Of a stretch of 64,000 nucleotides of DNA, positions 29,055-37,669 are shown in pieces (within the stretch, counting starts at the first letter, position 1; every line of letters starts with the position of its first letter). Below the pieces are notes generated by a model. The model was not told the origin of the DNA, did not search any database, and worked only from the letters and a program-made list of their open reading frames with translations. Source of the DNA: Vampirovibrio chlorellavorus (GTDB lineage: Bacteria > Cyanobacteriota > Vampirovibrionia > Vampirovibrionales > Vampirovibrionaceae). Both the position numbers and the translations under genes were made by a program. Where the stretch lies: positions 34,763 to 98,762 of the forward strand of contig CAIPMU010000019.1 of the NCBI GenBank assembly GCA_903866275.1, written 5' to 3'.

Positions 29055-29441
29055 TTAGTTCTGGCTGGGATCTTCTTTCAGGTTGGTCAGAAATTCTTCC
29101 ACGTCAATGGCAGAGTCGCCATCTTCGTCTTCCAGGGTGTCGATAAAGGCCACGACCTTGTTGAACTCGTCTTCGTCCTCAATGGCCTCGAAGACTTCCT
29201 GCCCGTCCTCGTAGGAGATTTTCATAACCACGACTTCTTCCTCGTAGCCTTCCTCTTCAGACTTCTCGGCAGCTTCCTCGTCCACGCTGTTGCCCTTGTA
29301 GATGAGCAAGGCGTATTCCTGGCCTTCGATTTCCAGTTCGCTGATTTTTTCAAAGATATGAACCTGACCCTCTTCATCGGTGGTCTCGATGATGTCGGTT
29401 TCTTCAAAAATATCGTTCTCAAGGGGGCTATTATCGATCAT
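29055..29441 (-). CDS. DUF1292-like acidic protein
   Basis: 'IIETTDEEGQVHIFE...IEGQEYALL...FEAIEDEDEFNKVV'. Confidence 0.75.
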   Translation of the reverse strand: MIDNSPLENDIFEETDIIETTDEEGQVHIFEKISELEIEGQEYALLIYKGNSVDEEAAEKSEEEGYEEEVVVMKISYEDGQEVFEAIEDEDEFNKVVAFIDTLEDEDGDSAIDVEEFLTNLKEDPSQN

Positions 29442-29604
29442 GAGGGAGTCCTTGTCGGGGCAATGGTAAACATCAGGAAGTTTAGCACAAAAACCAGCGA
29501 TCAATGCCTTAACTGAGCAAGAATTCTGATAGAGACCTGCAGGCTCAGGCTAAGCCATCTGGCAGCATCAGGGGAAGTTTGTCCCAAAACGAGTCCGCTT
29601 CTGT

Positions 29605-30207
29605 CTAAAAACTAAACCACGAAGGGTCAAAGGTAGATGGCCCGCCAAACCAAGAGCCTGGCCGAACTAGCCCCCGCGTCGTTAAAAATCCATCATAATA
29701 CAAAATAAACTGTATCACTTTCAATGGACCATCTGCGGTTGAGAGGGTGTTATTCTGATAATCCGGGTCGAACCGGAACGCAATAATCCCGCCTAAAGGG
29801 ACTGTAGAGCTTGTAAAAGTGGTATTATCCGCAAACCATAGAACTCCACCATTATGGAGAATGATACAAGGACTCGTTGAATTACACGTTGAAAAACTTA
29901 ATGTCGGTGTATTATCAATCACAGTGCCAGAAGTATCGTACTTTACATAATTCATATACGGCGTTAAATCTGAAGGTTTCGTATTGCCCGTAATAATGCC
30001 ATCCATTTGCGCTTTTTGAAACGCACTCGTAATCATTGCAGCGACTTCTTTGGCCTTTGATAAATTTTGCTGATTTTGAAAACCCACCATAATTTTGGGA
30101 ATCACAAACGTGGCAATCACGCCAATAATGGCCAAACAAATCAGCAATTCGGCCAGCGTAAAGCCCTTACGGAGTTTCAGCCATTTCGGGGTGGGGGCTA
30201 CATTCAT
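29605..30207 (-). CDS. Type IV pilin / pseudopilin (prepilin-type N-terminal cleavage/methylation)
   Basis: Class III signal 'LRKG|FTLAELLICLAIIGVIATFVIP' with Glu at +5. Confidence 0.9.
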   Translation of the reverse strand: MNVAPTPKWLKLRKGFTLAELLICLAIIGVIATFVIPKIMVGFQNQQNLSKAKEVAAMITSAFQKAQMDGIITGNTKPSDLTPYMNYVKYDTSGTVIDNTPTLSFSTCNSTSPCIILHNGGVLWFADNTTFTSSTVPLGGIIAFRFDPDYQNNTLSTADGPLKVIQFILYYDGFLTTRGLVRPGSWFGGPSTFDPSWFSF

Positions 30208-30244
30208 GGAGAATTCGACCTCTGACTAAACTGTCACCGTTCTA

Positions 30245-30271
30245 TTATCGAGCATTTTTCAGGAAACTTTA
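30245..30271 (-). promoter_or_regulatory. Sigma28 (FliA)-like promoter upstream of the pilin gene
   Basis: Minus strand TAAAGTTT-N11-CTCGATAA versus consensus TAAAGTTT-N11-GCCGATAA. Confidence 0.6.
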
Positions 30272-30351
30272 ATTTTTTTAAAAAACACAGCAAGCAGAAG
30301 CGTTGTCACCGACAAGCTTCCTGAACGCTCCAGATAGAAAGCCTCATCGCT

Positions 30352-32388
30352 TTAACTGGGGGGCATGCTCCCGAGCGATAGCTGGGTTTGGCTTTCCATC
30401 TGAGGCGAAGCCAATGCAGCTACTTGAATTTCCGGTGCTTCTGAGAACAGCCAGTTCGGGACATCCACCAGCCGATACACGGTTTGCACGCTGGGCAAAC
30501 TGCGCTGAATGATTCGCCCGTAGCCCTTTTGCCGAATGCGGGGGTCTAGAATCGTGACCAGCCCTTTATCGTTCCCGGTGCGAATCAGGCGCCCAAAACC
30601 CTGCTTGAGTTTGATAATGGCTTGCGGCAGGACATAGGCACCAAACCAGTCATCGCCGCGCGCCTTAATATAATCCACCACGGCCTGATTCACCGGGTCG
30701 CCGGGCGGGGAAAAGGGAATCTTGTCCATGATCACGCAACTCAGCGCCTCACCGGGAACATCAATGCCCTCCCAGAACGTTGCGGTGGCAAAAATAACGC
30801 TATTGGGCGTGGTCTTAAACCATTCAATCAGGCGATTCCGGGGCATGTCGCCCTGAACCTTGCAGGGGAAGGGCAAGCGCTGAATCAGGGCGTGACTCAC
30901 ACGGTGCATGGCCGAATTGCTGGTAAACAGCACAAAGGCCCGCCCTTGCGACAGCGTCAGAATCTGCTCAATTTCATCGACAATTGCCAGGTTGAATTCA
31001 AAACTGTTGGGATCTGGCAGGTTATCCGGCAGGTATAACACGCACTGGTCTTCATACCGAAACGGGCTGGGCAGCAGGAGATCGCTGGCTTCATCACCGA
31101 TGCCCAGGTCCTTTCGCGTAAAGTTCAGGTTGTTATTGACTGAAAGGGTCGCACTGGTCAAAATAGCCGCTTTTTGCTGCCATAACTGCAAACCCATCAT
31201 TTCCGCGATATTCAGCGGGGTGGATTTTAACTCGTAGTACAGGCGCTCGCGATCCACTTCCACCCAATTCACCCGCTGCTTGGAAAACGGATCTTCTTCC
31301 AGAAAAAATTCCCAACGCGCAATTAAACCGTGCAATTGCTGTACCAGTTTTTCGCGTTGCACACGGGCCTTGTCCAAATCCAGATCGGACTCAATAATAT
31401 CAGGCCGCAACACCGATAACTGCTTCACATCCATCCCCGTGAGCCATAGCTCCAGATCCTTGAGCACCTGAATGTGCTTGTTCACCACATATAAAAACAA
31501 GTCATCGGCATACAGCCTATAAACGGCCTGCTCCGAGCGGAACAGCCACTCAAAGATAGCCGCCTCGGAATCGGCCACCAGATGATGAAAATGCTCGGGC
31601 AAGGGCTGCAGCCGCCGGTGGATTTTTTGCAGGAGCTTTTGCGTGGCGAACTTACCAATCCGCACCGTAAAAGCGTTCAGCGCCCACTGCTTGAGCTGGT
31701 GGGCCTCATCGAACACCACCACATCATGTGGGGGCAGCAAGCTTTGCGCCGCCGATAAATCCTGCAGGTACAGCGCATGATTGGCCACGATAATGTCGGC
31801 CTGATCCAGATCCTCACGGGCCTTGCGATAGGGATTCCGGTCGTAGAAGCGGCACTTGCGGCCCAGACAGTCTTCCGTGTCGGAACGCACCTCTTTCCAC
31901 AACTCATTGGGAATGGCAAATTCCAGATTGGCCAAATCACCATCCCAGCCCCGCTGCAGCTCGGCCTTGAGGTATTGAATGTGCAACATTTCGCTGGAGT
32001 TGGGGCGAATTTGCCCCTCCACCTCGGTCAGTTTTTGAATGCACAGGTAATTGTTGCGCCCCTTCACCAGTTTGACGGTGACATCCTCCAGCGCCGCGGC
32101 CTGAATGAGAAAGGGGATGTCTTTCTCCAGCAGCTGCTCCTGTAGCGCAATGGTCGCAGTGGAGACAATCACCGGCTTTTTCTTGCCGTCAATATCCCGA
32201 TTCCGTTGAAACAGGGCGGGAATGAGATAACCAAAAGACTTCCCGGAACCCGTCCCCGCTTCGATGACCAGCGTTTTACGCTCCGCCATGCTGTCCGCCA
32301 CTCTGGAAACCATCATTTCCTGAGCTTCCCGCCGTTCGTAGCGGTTAAACTGGCGCAAAATGTCGTGATACTTCTCCAGAATATTCAT
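30352..32388 (-). CDS. DinG/YoaA-family ATP-dependent DNA helicase (Fe-S)
   Basis: Walker A 'EAGTGSGKS', 'KGRNNYLC', 'DEAH', 'SATL', 'FWEGIDVPG', 'QGFGRLIR'. Confidence 0.93.
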   Translation of the reverse strand: MNILEKYHDILRQFNRYERREAQEMMVSRVADSMAERKTLVIEAGTGSGKSFGYLIPALFQRNRDIDGKKKPVIVSTATIALQEQLLEKDIPFLIQAAALEDVTVKLVKGRNNYLCIQKLTEVEGQIRPNSSEMLHIQYLKAELQRGWDGDLANLEFAIPNELWKEVRSDTEDCLGRKCRFYDRNPYRKAREDLDQADIIVANHALYLQDLSAAQSLLPPHDVVVFDEAHQLKQWALNAFTVRIGKFATQKLLQKIHRRLQPLPEHFHHLVADSEAAIFEWLFRSEQAVYRLYADDLFLYVVNKHIQVLKDLELWLTGMDVKQLSVLRPDIIESDLDLDKARVQREKLVQQLHGLIARWEFFLEEDPFSKQRVNWVEVDRERLYYELKSTPLNIAEMMGLQLWQQKAAILTSATLSVNNNLNFTRKDLGIGDEASDLLLPSPFRYEDQCVLYLPDNLPDPNSFEFNLAIVDEIEQILTLSQGRAFVLFTSNSAMHRVSHALIQRLPFPCKVQGDMPRNRLIEWFKTTPNSVIFATATFWEGIDVPGEALSCVIMDKIPFSPPGDPVNQAVVDYIKARGDDWFGAYVLPQAIIKLKQGFGRLIRTGNDKGLVTILDPRIRQKGYGRIIQRSLPSVQTVYRLVDVPNWLFSEAPEIQVAALASPQMESQTQLSLGSMPPS

Positions 32389-32733
32389 GGGGTGGCGGGT
32401 TCTCTGACTCTGGCTGATGCTCTGGCTCTCTGGGGCGGGACGGACGGATGGACGCTGTGGTCAGGTTTTCAAAATAAAAACAAACTCGAAAAAATATTCG
32501 CTGTCAGTAAGATAGCACTTTTGCCCGTCCTTGTCTGCATGAAATGCCGTTCTGTAAAGCGCTACTTCTGGCGCGTCAGTGAATCGCCCGATTGGCGTGG
32601 GCAAACCTCCTGTACCTGGATGAGTCACCCTTGTCTTTCCTTCCACCCGATGCGAAGAAAGGCTAGAATAATAAAAGCCCTCAGGTGCGGTGGTTGGCAC
32701 CGGGGCAAGTGGGAGCGGAGCGGCAAAGCGGGC

Positions 32734-33744
32734 ATGATTCGAGCGCAGCGGATTACCTCAGACAATGTGGCGCAGATGCAAGGCATCTATCAGCGTTTTT
32801 CTCAGCGTGCAATTCCCGACTATCGCTGGTCGCTGGAACCGGTGCCCTTTGAGGATTTCAAAATAGCCATCGCTCAAGGGCATTTGGGAGGGTATTTTGT
32901 GGAAGACACCTCGGTGGAGGACACCGTGGGCTTTCTGCTGTATTGCCTCGAAGCGCATCGGGCCATTGAGATCAACGTCATTTATTCCGAACTCGACGAT
33001 CAAAAAGCCATTCTGGACAAGCTGATAGTGCCTTTCATCCAGGATGTCCGCCAGATCGATGGCTGGGACGTGATTAGCTATCCCATGCTGGGCGAGCAGG
33101 AATGGTTTATTCGCAGCATCAACTGGTATGGCTTCAAGCCGGTGGGGCAAGCCATTGTGGAGTTTGACTTCATGGATTCCATCAGCCTGCAGATTATGCA
33201 ACAGCAACAGTTACCCCCGCTGGACAATGGCATAACCCTGACGCCGTGGCATCCCCAGTATGCCGGGGGAACCGTGCAAAGTATTTTTGAGGCCTTCTCC
33301 AAAACGACGGACGCATTCTGGGACCCCCGCTTTCGCTCCCTGCAAGGGGCGAGAGAAGTGGTGCACTTTATCACCTCGGGTGCGATGGGTACGTTGCACC
33401 CGGAATGCAGCACGATTGCCCTGCAGGACGGGGTGCCAGTGGGCTTTTGCTTTCTGGTCCAATCCGATGCCATGACCGCCAATATCCCCCTGATTGGCTT
33501 GCGCCCGACCCTGAAACATAAAGGGTTGGGTTTGCATTTGCTGCAACTCACGCTCATCAAGGCCATTCAAGCAATGGTGAATGGAGAGGCTACCATTTTT
33601 AAAATTACCGCAACGCTGGATACCGATAACATTCCAGCGATTAAAATGTACCGCCGTCTGGGTTTCCGGGAAACCTACAATTATCCCCACGTCTATCTGA
33701 CCCGCGAAAAAGCAATGGCGTTTCAGGTGGGCAAGTGGTGCTAA
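32734..33744 (+). CDS. Tandem GNAT-family N-acetyltransferase
   Basis: C-terminal GNAT motifs 'IGLRPTLKHKGLG' and 'NIPAIKMYRRLGF'; N-terminal degenerate GNAT ('VGFLLY...INVIY...YGFKP'). Start taken at ATG 32734. Confidence 0.82.
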   Translation: MIRAQRITSDNVAQMQGIYQRFSQRAIPDYRWSLEPVPFEDFKIAIAQGHLGGYFVEDTSVEDTVGFLLYCLEAHRAIEINVIYSELDDQKAILDKLIVPFIQDVRQIDGWDVISYPMLGEQEWFIRSINWYGFKPVGQAIVEFDFMDSISLQIMQQQQLPPLDNGITLTPWHPQYAGGTVQSIFEAFSKTTDAFWDPRFRSLQGAREVVHFITSGAMGTLHPECSTIALQDGVPVGFCFLVQSDAMTANIPLIGLRPTLKHKGLGLHLLQLTLIKAIQAMVNGEATIFKITATLDTDNIPAIKMYRRLGFRETYNYPHVYLTREKAMAFQVGKWC

Positions 33745-33759
33745 AAATTCTAAAAAAAC

Positions 33760-34998
33760 ATGCTGGAAAGGCTGACCATGTCTAAATTTGAAGATTTAAC
33801 GCTCAAGGTGAAAATTAATTCCGAAACCTACATGAAATTTGACGGTACGGATCACCTGATGATTAAAAATATTCATTCCAGTGAAGGCATGAGTCTGAAA
33901 TACGACATTATGCTCATCCTGTATGAATTAATTGACTGGAAGAGTGTCGGCGACTTAATTGAACCCTGGCCTGAATGTGATCAGAAAAAAATCATTGATT
34001 ATCTGGCATCGCTGGAATCCCAGCACATTATTATCAGTTCCGATCGACCGGAAGCGGCTGTGCCGGAAAGCGGACTTTCAGCGCATTTGGGTAAAAATAT
34101 TCACATCAACGTGGAAAATCATCATTACATGCTGCGGGATTATGTGCGGCTGGCTGCCTACCGTCGCGCCATTGAACGTGCGGTCAAACCCGACACCATT
34201 GCGCTGGATCTGGGGTGTGGCTCGGGGATCTTATCCTTTTTTGCCGCGCGAGCCGGAGCCAAAAAAGTGTTCGCCATTGAACGTCGCCCGGATATTATTC
34301 TGCTGGCCAGCGAACTGGCCAAGGTCAATGGCCTGAAGGATCAAATCGAATTTGTGGAAGGGGCTTCCAGTCACATTGAAGAAGCCCGTATCACGCCCAA
34401 GGCAGATATGCTGGTGTCCGAGATTTTAGGCAACGGCATTCTGGAAGAAAACGTGCTGGAATTCACACTGGATGCCCGCCGTCGTTTCCTGAAACCGGGC
34501 GGTCAGCTCATCCCTTATGGTCTGGACATCTGCTTTTTTGCCTTTGATTCCGGGGTAAACCAGAACCGGATGGATGAGGTAAGAGAGATCAACGACCTGT
34601 ATGGTTTTGATTTTTCACTGCTAGGTGAAGTGATGGGTCGCAAGGCCACCACTCGCCTGGAGCGTTATAACGCCATGCTTCAAAAAGCCATGAGCGATCC
34701 CCGCACGGTGAAGTCACTGGATTTCCGCACGCTGGAAGAGGCCTTTTTCGTGGATCGTTTTGAGCTGGTAGCCAAGCACGACGGCCGAATTGACAGCTTC
34801 TGCGGGTATTTCAAAGCTCATCTGGATGAAGACACCCAGCTCACCAACTCGCCCTGGGCCCCGTCAACCCACTGGACACACCTCATTTACACCCTGTCAG
34901 AAGCCATCTCGGTCAAAGCGGGCGACGTGATCCCAATGGAGGTCATCTATGACGGCTCGCTGCGGGTGCGTGTGGTACCACCAGAAGAGTTGACGTGA
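33760..34998 (+). CDS. PRMT-like class I SAM-dependent methyltransferase with N-terminal PqqD/RRE-like domain; start 33760 or 33778
   Basis: 'HHYMLRDYVRLAAY', 'LDLGCGSGILSFFAARAGAKKVFAIE', double-E loop 'SEILGNGILEE', 'FLKPGGQLIP', 'FCGYF', 'SPWAPSTHW'. Confidence 0.88.
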   Translation: MLERLTMSKFEDLTLKVKINSETYMKFDGTDHLMIKNIHSSEGMSLKYDIMLILYELIDWKSVGDLIEPWPECDQKKIIDYLASLESQHIIISSDRPEAAVPESGLSAHLGKNIHINVENHHYMLRDYVRLAAYRRAIERAVKPDTIALDLGCGSGILSFFAARAGAKKVFAIERRPDIILLASELAKVNGLKDQIEFVEGASSHIEEARITPKADMLVSEILGNGILEENVLEFTLDARRRFLKPGGQLIPYGLDICFFAFDSGVNQNRMDEVREINDLYGFDFSLLGEVMGRKATTRLERYNAMLQKAMSDPRTVKSLDFRTLEEAFFVDRFELVAKHDGRIDSFCGYFKAHLDEDTQLTNSPWAPSTHWTHLIYTLSEAISVKAGDVIPMEVIYDGSLRVRVVPPEELT

Positions 34999-35300
34999 AA
35001 AGAGCCAGCCTGATCACCGGTTTCTTCCTTGCTAATACACGGGACAGCTTGTCTCATTTCCGAACGGCATCGTGCATAATTTAGGTTGAAACTGCGTTTT
35101 CTTCTGGTTTTTTAGGGTGATTTTCTCTAAAATGATCATGATCAGGTTGTTCAATCGAGCGGGGCACAGGCAAGCAGGACCAACGGTCGGTTTGAGCCGA
35201 GTCTGGGAAGCCGCAGTCTGAATAGACTGCCCGCATAAGGCGCCGTCAGAGGGAGACCCTGAAATTTCATCCGGAATTCAGCCTGGAGGGAGAACGAACG

Positions 35301-36047
35301 ATGGCGGTTTCTAATACAGCGCCCGGCTCAGGGCAAAGCGCCCCGAAAAAAGGCTTTCACAAAGTGGTGTCCACGTATGAAGAAGCCCTGGCGGGTTTTT
35401 CATCCGGGATGACCATTATGGTTGGGGGCTTTGGCCTGTGCGGCATTCCGGAAGGCCTGATTCAGGCGGTTTACAACATGGGGGTAAACAATCTCACCTG
35501 TATTTCCAACAATGCGGGCGTGGATGGCTTTGGCTTGGGCCTTTGGCTGGAAAAGCGACAAATCAAGACCATGATCGCCTCGTATGTGGGTGAAAATGCC
35601 CTCTTTGAAGAACTTTTTCTCTCTGGTGAAATGGAAGTCATCCTCACCCCGCAGGGGACACTGGCCGAGAAAATCCGGGCCGGGGGCGCGGGGATTCCGG
35701 CTTTTTATACGCCCACCGGCTACGGCACCGTGGTGGCCGAAGGCAAGGACACCCGAGAGTTTGACGGGCACATGTACGTGCTGGAACCAGCGTTGAAGGC
35801 GGACTTCTCCCTGATTCGGGCCTACAAGGCGGACACGATGGGCAACCTGATCTATCGCAAGACAGCCATGAACTTTAACCCCATGATGGCGGCCGCTGGG
35901 AAGATCACCGTGGCCGAAGTCGAAGAGATCGTACCCGCTGGCGAACTCGACCCGGAGTTCATTCATACGCCCGGCATCTATGTGGATCGGGTGATTGTGG
36001 GCCAGTTTGAGAAACGGGTGGAACAGCGCACCATCAGCCCCGGCTAA
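35301..36047 (+). CDS. scoA: 3-oxoacid CoA-transferase subunit A
   Basis: '[10 protein letters not shown]', 'SNNAG', 'SYVGEN', '[19 protein letters not shown]'. Confidence 0.95.
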   Translation: MAVSNTAPGSGQSAPKKGFHKVVSTYEEALAGFSSGMTIMVGGFGLCGIPEGLIQAVYNMGVNNLTCISNNAGVDGFGLGLWLEKRQIKTMIASYVGENALFEELFLSGEMEVILTPQGTLAEKIRAGGAGIPAFYTPTGYGTVVAEGKDTREFDGHMYVLEPALKADFSLIRAYKADTMGNLIYRKTAMNFNPMMAAAGKITVAEVEEIVPAGELDPEFIHTPGIYVDRVIVGQFEKRVEQRTISPG

Positions 36048-36142
36048 TCTCACTGCCTGCCCCATCCCTTTCCGGGACACTGGCTTTTCCGCATTAACCA
36101 TCAGCATGCCGCTGGCATTAGAAGACAGACAAGAGGTCAATC

Positions 36143-36799
36143 ATGGCGCTTAGCAGAGATCAAATCGCCCAACGCATCGCCCAGGAGCTGAAAGACGGAT
36201 ACTATGTCAATCTGGGCATCGGGATTCCCACATTGGTAGCCAACCACATTCCCACGGATATTGAAGTTCTGTTTCAGTCCGAGAACGGACTACTGGGCAT
36301 GGGGCCTTTTCCGACCGAGGCTGAACTGGATCCGGATCTGATCAACGCCGGCAAGCAGACCGTTACGGCTGTGACGGGTGCCTGTTTTTTCTCTTCCGCT
36401 GAGAGTTTCGCCATGATACGCGGCGGCCATGTCGATCTCACTGTGCTGGGCGCATTTGAAGTCGATGAAGCGGGCAATATCGCCTCCTGGATGGTGCCCG
36501 GCAAGCTGGTAAAAGGCATGGGCGGCGCGATGGATCTGGTGGCCTCGGCGGAAAACATCATCGTGGCGATGGCGCATGCCAACAAGGCGGGCGAATCCAA
36601 AATTCTCAAGCGCTGCACCCTTCCCCTGACCGGGGTCCATTGCGTGAAAACCGTGGTCACGGATCTGGCGGTGCTAGAGCTGCGGCAGGGAAGGTTTCAC
36701 CTTTTGGAACGCGCCCCTGGCGTCTCGGTGGAAGAGATTGTACGACTGACCGAGGCCGAACTGGTGATTGACGGGGACATTCCAGAGATGGTGTTTTAG
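36143..36799 (+). CDS. scoB: 3-oxoacid CoA-transferase subunit B
   Basis: 'VNLGIGIPT', catalytic 'QSENG', 'KGMGGAMDLV', 'CTLPLTG'. Confidence 0.95.
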   Translation: MALSRDQIAQRIAQELKDGYYVNLGIGIPTLVANHIPTDIEVLFQSENGLLGMGPFPTEAELDPDLINAGKQTVTAVTGACFFSSAESFAMIRGGHVDLTVLGAFEVDEAGNIASWMVPGKLVKGMGGAMDLVASAENIIVAMAHANKAGESKILKRCTLPLTGVHCVKTVVTDLAVLELRQGRFHLLERAPGVSVEEIVRLTEAELVIDGDIPEMVF

Positions 36800-37003
36800 G
36801 GACGATATGCCCAAAACCCAAGCTCAGCCTACATGCCGCAAGAAAAATTAATGAAAATCTGGCAGAAAGTCATTGATTTTTGGGCACGATCTTCACTATA
36901 CTAGTTTTCAGGCTCGGTCGATTGAGGCTTTTGACCCCTGTTTCCGTTCAAACACGGTAAACATGGACATTCTCAGTAGCCTTCCTAAACTAAGCCTAAC
37001 CTG

Positions 37004-37028
37004 ATGATAGTCACAGTCCGACTATCAT
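37004..37028. promoter_or_regulatory. 9-bp inverted repeat upstream of the BlaI-family gene (possible operator or 5'UTR hairpin)
   Basis: ATGATAGTC-N7-GACTATCAT. Confidence 0.4.
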
Positions 37029-37080
37029 TGAGAGCGCAAGTTGATCAAAAGACATGGATGTTCGGAGGTAGATTGAAGGG

Positions 37081-37488
37081 ATGGATTTAAAACAGGGTGA
37101 TCTGGAAAATATTATTCTCAACGCGCTCTGGGATTTAGAGGGTGACGGTAATGAGCGGATCTTCGTGGGTGACATCCAGGAGAAGATTAAATCCGCCAAA
37201 AAGAAATGGGCCTACACCACCGTAAAAACCGTGCTGGACCGTCTGGTGGATAAAGAAATCGCCATCCGCGAAAAAGACGGCAAAAAGTACCTGTATCGTT
37301 CCGTGGTGAACCGGGATGAGGCAGGCATTATTGCCTTGAAAAAAGTCGTGCGTCAATATTTTAAAAATGACGTGAACGATCTGGTCGATTGCCTGAACCG
37401 CCTGCAAACCCCGTCCAAGTTGATTGCGGAACGCAAAACCGCCAATCAGCAACAAACGGAAATTTTACAGGAATTAGCGAATTTTTAA
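37081..37488 (+). CDS. BlaI/MecI/CopY-family transcriptional repressor
   Basis: 'LENIILNALW', 'WAYTTVKTVLDRLVDK', 'REKDGKKYLY'. Confidence 0.9.
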   Translation: MDLKQGDLENIILNALWDLEGDGNERIFVGDIQEKIKSAKKKWAYTTVKTVLDRLVDKEIAIREKDGKKYLYRSVVNRDEAGIIALKKVVRQYFKNDVNDLVDCLNRLQTPSKLIAERKTANQQQTEILQELANF

Positions 37489-37669
37489 TCAATTCAAGCG
37501 AACAGGTTTTCCCAAATCCTGAATTTTCATTCAATAATAGAGTGACTTCAGCCTAATATGTTTGCTAATTTGCATGTTTTCAGCACTCAAAATCATGGAC
37601 AAAAAAAGGTTGCTGACAACTTCAAGCATGGATTTATTGTTGCCTCAAATTAATTACTAAAAATCAGGC

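Noticed and set aside
32389-32460. Short CTCTG and GGAC/GGAT repeats upstream of the helicase start
   Set aside because: Irregular spacing and few copies; not a CRISPR array or convincing tandem repeat.
32206-32733. 176-codon in-frame extension upstream of the GNAT
   Set aside because: Overlaps the start of the divergent helicase gene and its promoter region and does not look protein-like; ATG 32734 is more plausible.
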